A stretch of DNA of 20,000 nucleotides from the IMG/VR virus record IMGVR_UViG_3300025000_000094; one strand, written 5' to 3'. The first letter of the stretch is position 1, and every line of letters begins with the position of its first letter. The notes beneath the pieces were generated by a model. The model had not been told where the DNA came from, made no database searches, and saw only the letters and a program-made list of their open reading frames with translations. Shown here piece after piece: positions 8,088 to 15,568 of this stretch. The translations under genes were made by a program, and so were the position numbers. Source of the stretch: an uncultured virus (IMG/VR IMGVR_UViG_3300025000_000094) (taxonomy: Duplodnaviria > Heunggongvirae > Uroviricota > Caudoviricetes).

Positions 8088-8957
8088 TTAGGCGGTGACG
8101 CTGAACTGCTCTATCTTCGGGGCCGCCAGCCGGTTGCCCGCTTTGTCCTTCAGGCCGGTGCTGATGATGGCCTGCAGGCTGTCCGAGGCCGTCCAGTTGG
8201 CGGTCGGGGTGAACAGTATCTTCTTGGTGGCCGCGTTGTAGCTTATGGCGCCGGCAACCAGGGCCGCCGCTGCGGGCACGGTGGTGTTGATTATCTGCAC
8301 GGTGTCGCCGTACACTATGCTGTTCTCGTCCATCGGGTTGGCCTCGGTGATGGTCCACTCCACGGTGGTCTTGGCGTCCTTGACTACGGTGCCGCCGTCA
8401 ACGGGCGAGCTCAGGGCCACGGTAGGCGGGGTTGTGTCGCTGGTGCCGGGGTCGAAGTGGCCGAAGCGCTGCTCGTCGGTCTTGGTGGTATCCACCAGCA
8501 CATCGAACTCCACGTCTATGACGGTTTCCTTGCCCTTGGTGTAGGCCGGGCTGGTCTTGCCGGTGGGCACGCACTTCCAGATGGTCAGCTTGGCGTTGCC
8601 GCCGCCGATGCCCTTGGGGTTGATGAAAAGGGTGCGCTCCGTCACGCTGGTCTTGCCGCCGAAGTAGAACACCCCGTCCACTACGGCGGTGGTCGGATAG
8701 CCGAACGCCAATGCCATCTTGGCCGCGGTGATCTCTATCATAGAGAGCGTGATCTTCATGCCCTCGTCCGTGATGAACTTCTTCACGGTGCCTATCACCT
8801 GGTCCGGCTTAACGTCGTACTGCGTCTCTTCGTGTGAGATCTTAACGCCGCCCGTTATAAAGCCCACGTCCACCGCGTCCGCCTCAACGGCGCCGTAGTT
8901 GCCCACCTTAAGGCTGTTCGCCGCCTGCAAACCCACTACTATGTTTTCCGCGTCCAT
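8088..8957 (-). CDS. Major tail tube protein with C-terminal Ig-like (Big_5/SbsA-like) domain (289 aa)
   Basis: N-terminal tube motifs (DVGFITGGVKISHE, DVKPDQ, KITLSM.E, YTKGKETVIDVEF). C-terminal DTTPPTV.LSSP.DG...FTPTANW....ISTGLKDKAGN.L pattern. AGAGGAG RBS. Confidence 0.88.
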   Translation of the reverse strand: MDAENIVVGLQAANSLKVGNYGAVEADAVDVGFITGGVKISHEETQYDVKPDQVIGTVKKFITDEGMKITLSMIEITAAKMALAFGYPTTAVVDGVFYFGGKTSVTERTLFINPKGIGGGNAKLTIWKCVPTGKTSPAYTKGKETVIDVEFDVLVDTTKTDEQRFGHFDPGTSDTTPPTVALSSPVDGGTVVKDAKTTVEWTITEANPMDENSIVYGDTVQIINTTVPAAAALVAGAISYNAATKKILFTPTANWTASDSLQAIISTGLKDKAGNRLAAPKIEQFSVTA

Positions 8958-8970
8958 GGTTATTCTCCTC

Positions 8971-9375
8971 TTACTTGAGTTTGAACTTAAAGGCGAACAT
9001 CGCCGCCCTGTGATACTCTCGCGGCTTCTCCGCGAAATTGGAAACCCCGCCCACGTGCTTGCCCCAGAATATCCGGTGCGTGGTAGACGGGATGGAAATC
9101 TCGTCCTGCTTGTCGAGCATGGCCTTCAGCCTGTTGATAATATTATTGGCTGCCACCTGCTCGAACTCGCCTACGAAGACGGAGACCTGGATGGTCATTT
9201 TGTCCATGACCTCTTCCATGCTGCCCTCGGAGACCGGGCCGAAGATCAGGTAGGGCGCCGCGGTGTCCGGAGGCGCCTCCTCGGGGTAGATGCGCGGATC
9301 TAAAACGGTAGCGCCGGCTATAAGGCCGCGCAGGGTGGCGTCTCCCGCCAGGTAAGCGTAAAAATCGGTCAGCAT
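8971..9375 (-). CDS. Tail completion/terminator protein (DUF3168/gp17-like, 134 aa)
   Basis: L.GD.TL.GLI....RIYPEEAP.D...PYLIF...S and IQVSVF motifs. Immediately precedes the major tail gene. Confidence 0.8.
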   Translation of the reverse strand: MLTDFYAYLAGDATLRGLIAGATVLDPRIYPEEAPPDTAAPYLIFGPVSEGSMEEVMDKMTIQVSVFVGEFEQVAANNIINRLKAMLDKQDEISIPSTTHRIFWGKHVGGVSNFAEKPREYHRAAMFAFKFKLK

Positions 9376-9376
9376 G

Positions 9377-9985
9377 TCATTCTTTCCCGAAAGGCTTAAA
9401 GTCGTACTGCTGCTCGAACTTGTCTATCTTTGCGCCGGTGTAAGGGTCATAGTTGTACTGCTTGGCGTATTTGCTTAAAACCTTCTCGATGGCTATCTCC
9501 ACCTTGATGGGCGCTTTGGCCCAGAAGGCCTCCAGGGTGTCCCAGAACCACGGACGGGGCAGCACGCGCGCCTCATTAGTCTGCACGTCCTGCAGGCGGT
9601 CGTACTTGTACTCGCGGTTCCCAGCGAAGTTGGTGCCCTTCTTTACGAAGCGCGTTCGGTGCTTCTTGGTGCCGTACTCGAGCATGAAAGCGTAAAAGGC
9701 TTTCGTGGCGAAGCCCACGGTCAGCAGGATCTCTTTGCCTAGGTGCTTGGGCTCCAGCTTGGCGTAGATGCTGGAGCGCAGCGTGCCGCTTTGGGAGTTG
9801 GGCGCCTCACCCGGCTCGGACGAAAAACCGTTTCCGTCCTGTACCTGGGCCCGGAGTGCCGCCTGCGCCTCTTTGCCCACGTTCTTTAAGACGTCCTCTA
9901 CGCTGCTCTCAACGTCCAGGCCGATACCCTGCAGCTGGGAGATAAGCTCGTCCTTGCCCTCAAGGCGAAAGTAGGTCTCGTTCAT
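9377..9985 (-). CDS. HK97 gp10-like neck/tail-completion protein (202 aa)
   Basis: Start revised to ATG 9985 (ATGA overlap, GGAGG RBS). S.PGEAP...SGTLRSSI, YAFMLEYGTK and PRPW motifs. Confidence 0.85.
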   Translation of the reverse strand: MNETYFRLEGKDELISQLQGIGLDVESSVEDVLKNVGKEAQAALRAQVQDGNGFSSEPGEAPNSQSGTLRSSIYAKLEPKHLGKEILLTVGFATKAFYAFMLEYGTKKHRTRFVKKGTNFAGNREYKYDRLQDVQTNEARVLPRPWFWDTLEAFWAKAPIKVEIAIEKVLSKYAKQYNYDPYTGAKIDKFEQQYDFKPFGKE

Positions 9986-10326
9986 GACCCGGCCTCCATG
10001 ATCTCCTTGCACATTAAGTCCAGGAAGATCTTGCGCATTTCGGGGTCTATCACGGAAACGATAACGAAGTACCTCGGGGAGGTGGTTCCCCAAGCCACGC
10101 GCCAGCCCGGCCGCACGCCGGCGTGATAGCGTATCCGCACCTTCACGTCCACAACGGAGAGCATCTGCTGGCCAGCCAGGTACTGATCGCCGCGCAGCGG
10201 GCGGATCTCCGCGCGCACGTTGGAGAACTGCGTGGTCCAGGTGTTCGCGGGCGCGCCCAGCGAATTAGGGCCGGTGGAGACCGGCTTCTGCAGGACCACA
10301 ACGTGGCGGAGGGCGCCCGCGTGCAT
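9982..10326 (-). CDS. Head-tail adaptor / head closure protein (SPP1 gp16-like, 114 aa)
   Basis: MxAGxLRHVVVLQ, AEIRPLRG, KVRIRY..GV..GWRV, I.SVIDP motifs and synteny. Confidence 0.9.
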   Translation of the reverse strand: MHAGALRHVVVLQKPVSTGPNSLGAPANTWTTQFSNVRAEIRPLRGDQYLAGQQMLSVVDVKVRIRYHAGVRPGWRVAWGTTSPRYFVIVSVIDPEMRKIFLDLMCKEIMEAGS

Positions 10327-10925
10327 TAGTCCCCCCTCTGGTACATGTCTATCTGACTCAGGATATCCTGCAGGGTGAGCGGTAACTGCTTTATGTCGGT
10401 GTTTCCTACCGCGCCGGCGGTGGCGTCACGGTTCTCGTACCAGTAGGAGGCCAGCATGTTGACCGCCAGCCTTACCTCTTCAGGCACGGCCGCTGCGGCG
10501 CCGTAGCCCGCAGTAAACTCTATGTCTACGCCGTTGACCTCCTTGAGGTCGTCGGAAGGCCAGGCGTACCCGTCCTTTAGCTTTATGCGGGCCGGCAGGG
10601 ATACCAAGTCGGTTACATAGCTGCTCGCGGCCAGGGTCCGCACGTTTCCCTCAACGTCGGTGTACTTAACACTGGACACAGCCGACACAGGGCCTATCGG
10701 CAGCTTTACCACGTCCGCGGCCGGGAACTCATCCAGGTAGTAGTTCCATGTCTGGGTCACCATGCGTATGCCGGTCACCCCCTCTATCCAGCGCCGGGCG
10801 GCCTTAACCAGGGCGCCTATAAGCGTGTCGTCTTCGCTTATGTCCACGCGCATGTGGGCCTTGGCCTCCGCGGTGGTCACAGGTTCCGCCGCCGGTGCTG
10901 TCTTAAGATAGAGGGTTCCTTTCAT
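10326..10925 (-). CDS. Head-tail connector protein (HK97 gp6 / phiE125 gp8-like, 199 aa)
   Basis: PAAEPVT.AEAKAHMRVD..EDD.LI..L..AAR, TQTW, FTAGYG...AVP, YWYENR motifs. Confidence 0.92.
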   Translation of the reverse strand: MKGTLYLKTAPAAEPVTTAEAKAHMRVDISEDDTLIGALVKAARRWIEGVTGIRMVTQTWNYYLDEFPAADVVKLPIGPVSAVSSVKYTDVEGNVRTLAASSYVTDLVSLPARIKLKDGYAWPSDDLKEVNGVDIEFTAGYGAAAAVPEEVRLAVNMLASYWYENRDATAGAVGNTDIKQLPLTLQDILSQIDMYQRGD

Positions 10926-10934
10926 GGCGGTCTC

Positions 10935-11252
10935 TTACTCCTGCGCGGGCTTCTCCAGCAGGGCCTTCATGGCGGCTTTGGCCTCGGCCACGGCTTTACC
11001 GGCGGCAGCCTTCTCCTGCTTGTTGCCGGCCTTTTTAAGGGCTTCCTGGGCATCGGCCAGCACCTTCTCGGCGGCCACTACCTCCGGGGCTTTGGCGGCC
11101 TCTTCGGGCGCCGGCGCGGGCTTCTCCTGCACGGGCGCGGCGTAGCCGCCGTCTATGAAGGCTTTAGCCTCGGCTTCGGGCAGGTTGTACTCCTGCCCGG
11201 CCAGCAGCACGCCGGCGGGACCGGCGGCAAGGGTTATCATTTTTACTTTCAT
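10935..11252 (-). CDS. Small head-module protein with Ala/Lys/Glu-rich tail (105 aa)
   Basis: AAGGAG RBS. MKVKM.T..AGP.GV...GQEY.LPE.EAKAFI.GGYA.PV pattern common in small ORFs between capsid and connector genes. Confidence 0.7.
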   Translation of the reverse strand: MKVKMITLAAGPAGVLLAGQEYNLPEAEAKAFIDGGYAAPVQEKPAPAPEEAAKAPEVVAAEKVLADAQEALKKAGNKQEKAAAGKAVAEAKAAMKALLEKPAQE

Positions 11253-11264
11253 GGTGTTGTCTCC

Positions 11265-11849
11265 TTACTGTGCCCCAACCTTAACCCAAGACTGATCCCC
11301 GGCCGGAGCCTCGGTAGAGATGTAGAGCGCATTGTCGCTGGTGAGCACGGCCAGGCAGTTCTTGGCATAGCCGCTGGCCGGCAGGGCCGCCACGGCGCCT
11401 ATCAGGCAGAAGGACTGCGAAGATGTGACGGACGTGGACACTGTGACGGTAGCCGCGGTATGGGTAACAGCCCCGGTAAAAGCGGCGGTAGTGCTGATAA
11501 GGCCGCCGTTAAAGGTGGCCACGCCGGTCCACGCCTGCGCGCCGCTAGCCGCGGTAAACGTGGATTTGTAGTTGGACGCGCCGTAGTAGGCGTTGCCGGT
11601 CTGGGTAAGCACGCCAGACTGCGTTAAGGCCGCGGCGTTGGTAAACACGGCGCCGGCCTGGATGTCCAGGATGGCCCCGCTCAGCAACTCCATCTCGCCG
11701 CCGCTGGTTATCACTTTCTTGGCGCCGCCCTGCTCCGTGTATATCTTGGTGTTATACTGGGCGAACACCGGCGAAGCGGCGGCCATGATCCCGATTATAA
11801 GCACCACCACCAGCAGCTCTAAAAACGTAAATCCTTTTCTGATGTTCAT
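11265..11849 (-). CDS. Head-fibre-like protein with type IV prepilin-type N-terminal leader (~194 aa)
   Basis: Start revised to ATG 11849 (or 11852) behind AAGGAGG; the longer ORF-track start runs through a terminator. MNIRKG|FTFLELLVVVLIIGIMAAASPVFA followed by QYNTKIYTEQGGAKKVI.SGG, resembling the N-terminus of phage head-fibre proteins, then a Thr/Ala/Gly-rich shaft. Confidence 0.75.
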   Translation of the reverse strand: MNIRKGFTFLELLVVVLIIGIMAAASPVFAQYNTKIYTEQGGAKKVITSGGEMELLSGAILDIQAGAVFTNAAALTQSGVLTQTGNAYYGASNYKSTFTAASGAQAWTGVATFNGGLISTTAAFTGAVTHTAATVTVSTSVTSSQSFCLIGAVAALPASGYAKNCLAVLTSDNALYISTEAPAGDQSWVKVGAQ

Positions 11850-11867
11850 CATTCCTCCTTGGTTAGT

Positions 11868-11902
11868 AAAAAGGCCCCGGCCATGTTTCAGACCGGGGCC
11901 TC
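11868..11902 (-). terminator. Rho-independent terminator after capsid and decoration genes
   Basis: Minus strand GAGGCCCCGGTC-TGAAACAT-GGCCGGGGCCTTTTT: GC stem plus U tract in the 11850-11922 intergenic gap. Confidence 0.8.
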
Positions 11903-11922
11903 CGGTCATTTAGCAGTTCCGC

Positions 11923-12372
11923 TTAGGCGGTGCCCTCGGCGGGGCCCACGTGCTGCTCGCTACCGTCCACGTTGGCGGGCTGGGTGACGGGCAGTTTCCT
12001 GGAACCGAACTTGATCACCAGGATGCTGTCTATCTCCACGTTCTGCGCGGCGCGGGTGGCGATGAGCTTCAGGTAGCGCTTGCCGGGGTTTATCACCTCG
12101 ATAGCCTGCACCTTCTCGGCGGCTTCGTCGCCGGAGTTCACCAGCGAGGTGCCTTCCAGGTCGCCGTAGGCGTCCGCGGAGCCGTCGTCCGAGGACTGCT
12201 GCACCTTGCAGGTGTTGGTGCCGCCCGACACTATGGCGCCCAGTTCCACCAGGAACAGCGCGCCCTCGTAGCCGGCCATGTCCACGGGGTCCGAGGTGAC
12301 AGCCCCGGTGCCCGCGGCCTGGCTGACTTTTATGCGGTCCACGACCGCGTTGCTAAGCAGTGACTTAATCAT
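11923..12372 (-). CDS. Putative capsid decoration/cement protein (149 aa)
   Basis: Directly after the major capsid gene and before the terminator, AAGGAG RBS. Beta-sandwich-like pattern (VDMAGYEG..F.V..G, KVQQS.D, KRYLKL). Function inferred from position. Confidence 0.6.
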   Translation of the reverse strand: MIKSLLSNAVVDRIKVSQAAGTGAVTSDPVDMAGYEGALFLVELGAIVSGGTNTCKVQQSSDDGSADAYGDLEGTSLVNSGDEAAEKVQAIEVINPGKRYLKLIATRAAQNVEIDSILVIKFGSRKLPVTQPANVDGSEQHVGPAEGTA

Positions 12373-12399
12373 CTTGTTTTCTCCTTTTCTCCGGTATCG

Positions 12400-13596
12400 T
12401 TACGCGCCCATCTTTATGCGGGCGAAGGCCTCTTCCAGCACAGGCATACCGTCCACTTCCTGCCGGCCGATAAAGCCCACCTTGTTGTTGCGGGCGTTCA
12501 GTTCGTTCAGGCGCTGCACGCTGTAGTTCTGTCCGTCGGCGATCCAGTAGTTGGACAGGTCGCCATACAGGCCGACGTACTGGTTGGCGGTCATGGTGCT
12601 GGGGCAGTACTCGCTCATGTCCACCGGCTTGTTGAGCAGCATGTCCGTCTCCGGGTCCCAGATGTACTTGCCGTCGGCGTACTTCAGCAACGCGATGGCG
12701 GCCAGGATGTCGCGGTGGATCATCCAGCGGCAGTTCTTCTGGTACTGCTGCTTGACGGAGAACTTCACCTTCTTGAGGTTATCGAAGGAGATAACCGTGG
12801 CCGTGTTGTGCGTGGCGATGTCGCGGGTGGTGCTGATGCCCTGGGCGGACGCGGTGAACAGGCCCAGCGGCTGGCCGTTGCCGGTGCCGGTCAGGAAAGC
12901 TTTCTCCTGCGGCAGGGCGAACTTATAGGCCAGGCGGTCCATCACCAGGTTCTCCACCGGGAGGGCGCTGATGCGCAGCAGCTTCATGCTGACCTGCACT
13001 TCTTTGGACAGCAGGTGCGGCTTCAGGTCGCGGCCGCCGAACTTCATGGCCGTGTCGGAGTTAACCGCGCCCACCTCGGCGGTCCAGTCCGCGTCGGACG
13101 GGTCGCTTTCGATAGTGGGGCAGCCCAGGCTGTCGCTCTCGGTGACGGGGATCACCGTGGCGTGCTGGCGCACGAACAGCAGGTCGTCGAGCTTCTTGAT
13201 CAGGCGTGTCAGCGCCTGGGCCGGGGTCACTATGTACCCGCCGGACTCGGGGGCGTCGGCCTGCAGGGTGCGCAGCTCGGGGGCCAGGCGGCCGGTCTTA
13301 AGGTACGTGCGGTAGGCCACCAGTTCTTTCTCGGTGTCCTTGTTAGCGGGGGCGGGCGCGGCGCCGCCGGCGGTCTCCACCTTGCCGTCCGCGGTGCGCA
13401 GCTCGGTTTCCAGGAGTTCCATCTTCTCCAGCCGGTCTATGGACGTGCGGGTTTCCTTCACGTCGTTCATCATGGTGTCGTACTTGGCCTTCTGCTCGTC
13501 GTTAAACTTGCCGTCGGCGGCGTTGTCCAGCATGGAGCGGGCTTCGTTTACGGTGCGCACCATGGTGGCGCGCAGTTTGGCAATCTTCTCTTTCAT
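12400..13596 (-). CDS. Major capsid protein, HK97 family, with N-terminal coiled-coil (delta/scaffold) region (398 aa)
   Basis: GGYIV.P, W.AE, AFLTGTGNGQPLG, LKYADGKYIW, YGDLSNY.I.D, VGFIG..EVDG.PV..EAF motifs. GGAGG RBS. Confidence 0.97.
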   Translation of the reverse strand: MKEKIAKLRATMVRTVNEARSMLDNAADGKFNDEQKAKYDTMMNDVKETRTSIDRLEKMELLETELRTADGKVETAGGAAPAPANKDTEKELVAYRTYLKTGRLAPELRTLQADAPESGGYIVTPAQALTRLIKKLDDLLFVRQHATVIPVTESDSLGCPTIESDPSDADWTAEVGAVNSDTAMKFGGRDLKPHLLSKEVQVSMKLLRISALPVENLVMDRLAYKFALPQEKAFLTGTGNGQPLGLFTASAQGISTTRDIATHNTATVISFDNLKKVKFSVKQQYQKNCRWMIHRDILAAIALLKYADGKYIWDPETDMLLNKPVDMSEYCPSTMTANQYVGLYGDLSNYWIADGQNYSVQRLNELNARNNKVGFIGRQEVDGMPVLEEAFARIKMGA

Positions 13597-13598
13597 GT

Positions 13599-14366
13599 TT
13601 ACAGTCCTCCGTTAATTTCAATTTCTACCAGGTCCAGTCTCTTCCTCAGCACCTCTACCGAGTGCCTGACTTCAGGCGGCTTGGGGGCTTCGGAGTGGGC
13701 GGGGCCCGGCTCCGGCGGTTTCAACTGTTTCTGCAGGTTTCCTGCAAAATCCATCAGCAGGGCGCGTTCCTCGTCGCGCAGTTCCTCGCCGCGCTTGAGG
13801 CGCATCAGCGCCTTAAAAAGGGTCTCGTCCGTCTTGCCGGCCACGTCTGTGGCGGCCTGCGCTATGGCGCGGGCGGACACGCTGGTGCCCTCGTAGGCGG
13901 GGAAGGTGGCCGGAGAAACTTCCAGCAGGCGCACTTCAAGCAGCTCGCGGCACAGCACGCCGCCCTGGGCGTCGTCTATAAACCAGTTGTCTTTGATGGT
14001 GCGGAAGCGGAAAGAGGACTGGTTAACGTCGCCGCGCTTAACGCTCTCGCAGCAGTCGTTGCCTGCGGTGCTGTTGGGCAGGTCTATGTCGTAGGCCAGG
14101 CCCTGCTCGTCCTCGGCCAGGCGCAGCGTGCCGGCCTTGTTGCGGCCAAGCACCATGTCGGAGTTGTGGTTCCACAGGGCGCGGATGTCTGACTCTTTAA
14201 GGGTCTTGGTGAAAGCGCCCGGCCGAATGACCTCCATGAACCCCAGATCAGGGGAGGAGTACATGTTGAAGACCGCGGCGTAGCCGGAAAGTTTGCGCTC
14301 TGCCATCTTGGCCGAGCCTGCCTTGGCCACGCGGAACTCTATGCTGTCCAGGATGGGCTTTTTCAT
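13599..14366 (-). CDS. Prohead maturation protease, HK97 family (255 aa)
   Basis: GYAAVFN, E.IRPGAF, ALWNHN..VLGR, L.L.ED.GL, SSF.F, L.EVS..TFPAY motifs. Confidence 0.96.
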   Translation of the reverse strand: MKKPILDSIEFRVAKAGSAKMAERKLSGYAAVFNMYSSPDLGFMEVIRPGAFTKTLKESDIRALWNHNSDMVLGRNKAGTLRLAEDEQGLAYDIDLPNSTAGNDCCESVKRGDVNQSSFRFRTIKDNWFIDDAQGGVLCRELLEVRLLEVSPATFPAYEGTSVSARAIAQAATDVAGKTDETLFKALMRLKRGEELRDEERALLMDFAGNLQKQLKPPEPGPAHSEAPKPPEVRHSVEVLRKRLDLVEIEINGGL

Positions 14367-15568
14367 TTCTTGTGTTCTCCTTGCGGCCCGTTGATAGGGG
14401 CCAGGTTAAGGGCTTTGTAGTACTGCTCGCCGCCCTCCACTTCGTTCATGTCTTCCATGCGGCGCACGTCGTTGACGCACAGGAAGCCGCGGTCCAGGCC
14501 CACGCCGTAGGCGTCGTAGCGGGTCTTTATGTCTCCCCTCAGCAGGCCGCTCACCAGGAACTTGGCGAAGATCTCTTTGCGCTCGTACTGCGGCACCACG
14601 CGGCGCAGGATGGCCTGCTCGTACTTCACCACCCAGGGGAGTATGCAGTGCGTCAGGAACTCTATGCTCAGGTGCTCGATGTTGCTGAAAGTGGCGCGGT
14701 CCAGGTCGCCTATGATATGCGGCGGCACCCGGAACATGCGCGCTATGTCGTTAACCGAGAACTTGCGCTCCTCAAGGAGCTGCGAGTCCTGCGGGGAAAG
14801 GCCCATCTTGTCGGGCTTGATGCCGTCCTGCAACAGCAGAATGCGGAACTTTTTATCAAGGCCGGAGCGCATTTCCTCTATCTCGCTCTTCATGCGGTCG
14901 TGAGCTTCTTTGCCCAGGCGCCCAGGGTGAGAGAGAATAAGGCCGCCGCTGGCGTCGTGTTTAAAGTAGCGCCCGCCGTGTTCTTGCGTGGCCAGGGCCA
15001 TGCCGAAGGCCTCCCGGCTCTTCTGTATGGGGGTTATGCCCTCAATGCCATTAAAGGACAGGCCCGGCACGTGAAAGATGCGGTCCGCCGGCAGGCGGGC
15101 AGTCTTGGTGTCCAGGTACACGTCGTAGAAAAGTTCCTTGCCTATCAGCTTGGGCTTTACGCGGCTGGCGTGGATGGGCCAGAAGGCCAGCGGCCGACCG
15201 GCATTGTCGAACTCTATCTCGGCGTAGCCGTTGCCCCAGGTCAGGACGTTGGTCATGATGGTTTCCTGGAACGTGGCCGGCAGGATATTGGGGTTGGGGT
15301 TGTCGTGCAGGAGGTCGTACAGGTAATGCTTGGGGAAACGTTCTTTTCCGTTACCCACGCGCTTGTACAGGATCACCGGCAGGGAGCCAATGGTCTGGGC
15401 TATAGCGTTGACGCAGGCGTAAACCACCGACAGGCTATAAACGCTCTCCTCGTCCACGTTGACGCCGGTGATGGTGGACTCCCCGGAGCGTATCCACCGC
15501 GAGAACTTCTCGCTGAAGATAAGTTTGCGCATGGCGCTTTTAATTTTTGCTTTAGCCGTTTCAAACAT
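14363..15568 (-). CDS. Portal protein, HK97 family (401 aa)
   Basis: VYACV..IA..I.SLP, LLHD.PN, GNGYA.I, IFHV.G...NG..G..PI, IAR.FRVPPH.IG....ATFSNIE, LLRGD.KTRY motifs. Confidence 0.97.
   Translation of the reverse strand: MFETAKAKIKSAMRKLIFSEKFSRWIRSGESTITGVNVDEESVYSLSVVYACVNAIAQTIGSLPVILYKRVGNGKERFPKHYLYDLLHDNPNPNILPATFQETIMTNVLTWGNGYAEIEFDNAGRPLAFWPIHASRVKPKLIGKELFYDVYLDTKTARLPADRIFHVPGLSFNGIEGITPIQKSREAFGMALATQEHGGRYFKHDASGGLILSHPGRLGKEAHDRMKSEIEEMRSGLDKKFRILLLQDGIKPDKMGLSPQDSQLLEERKFSVNDIARMFRVPPHIIGDLDRATFSNIEHLSIEFLTHCILPWVVKYEQAILRRVVPQYERKEIFAKFLVSGLLRGDIKTRYDAYGVGLDRGFLCVNDVRRMEDMNEVEGGEQYYKALNLAPINGPQGEHKK

Noticed and set aside
11265..11849. Ordinary host pilin gene or pilus operon inserted in the prophage
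   Set aside because: There is no pilus ATPase, platform or peptidase gene nearby. The sequence after the leader resembles a head fibre rather than a pilin globular head, and the gene sits in the normal head-module position.
11853..11909. ORF-track start at 11909 (also 10093, 8059 and 19524 for other genes)
   Set aside because: These extensions cross a terminator, hairpin or upstream gene. Downstream ATGs at 11849/11852, 9985, 8026 and 19467 have RBSs or translational coupling.
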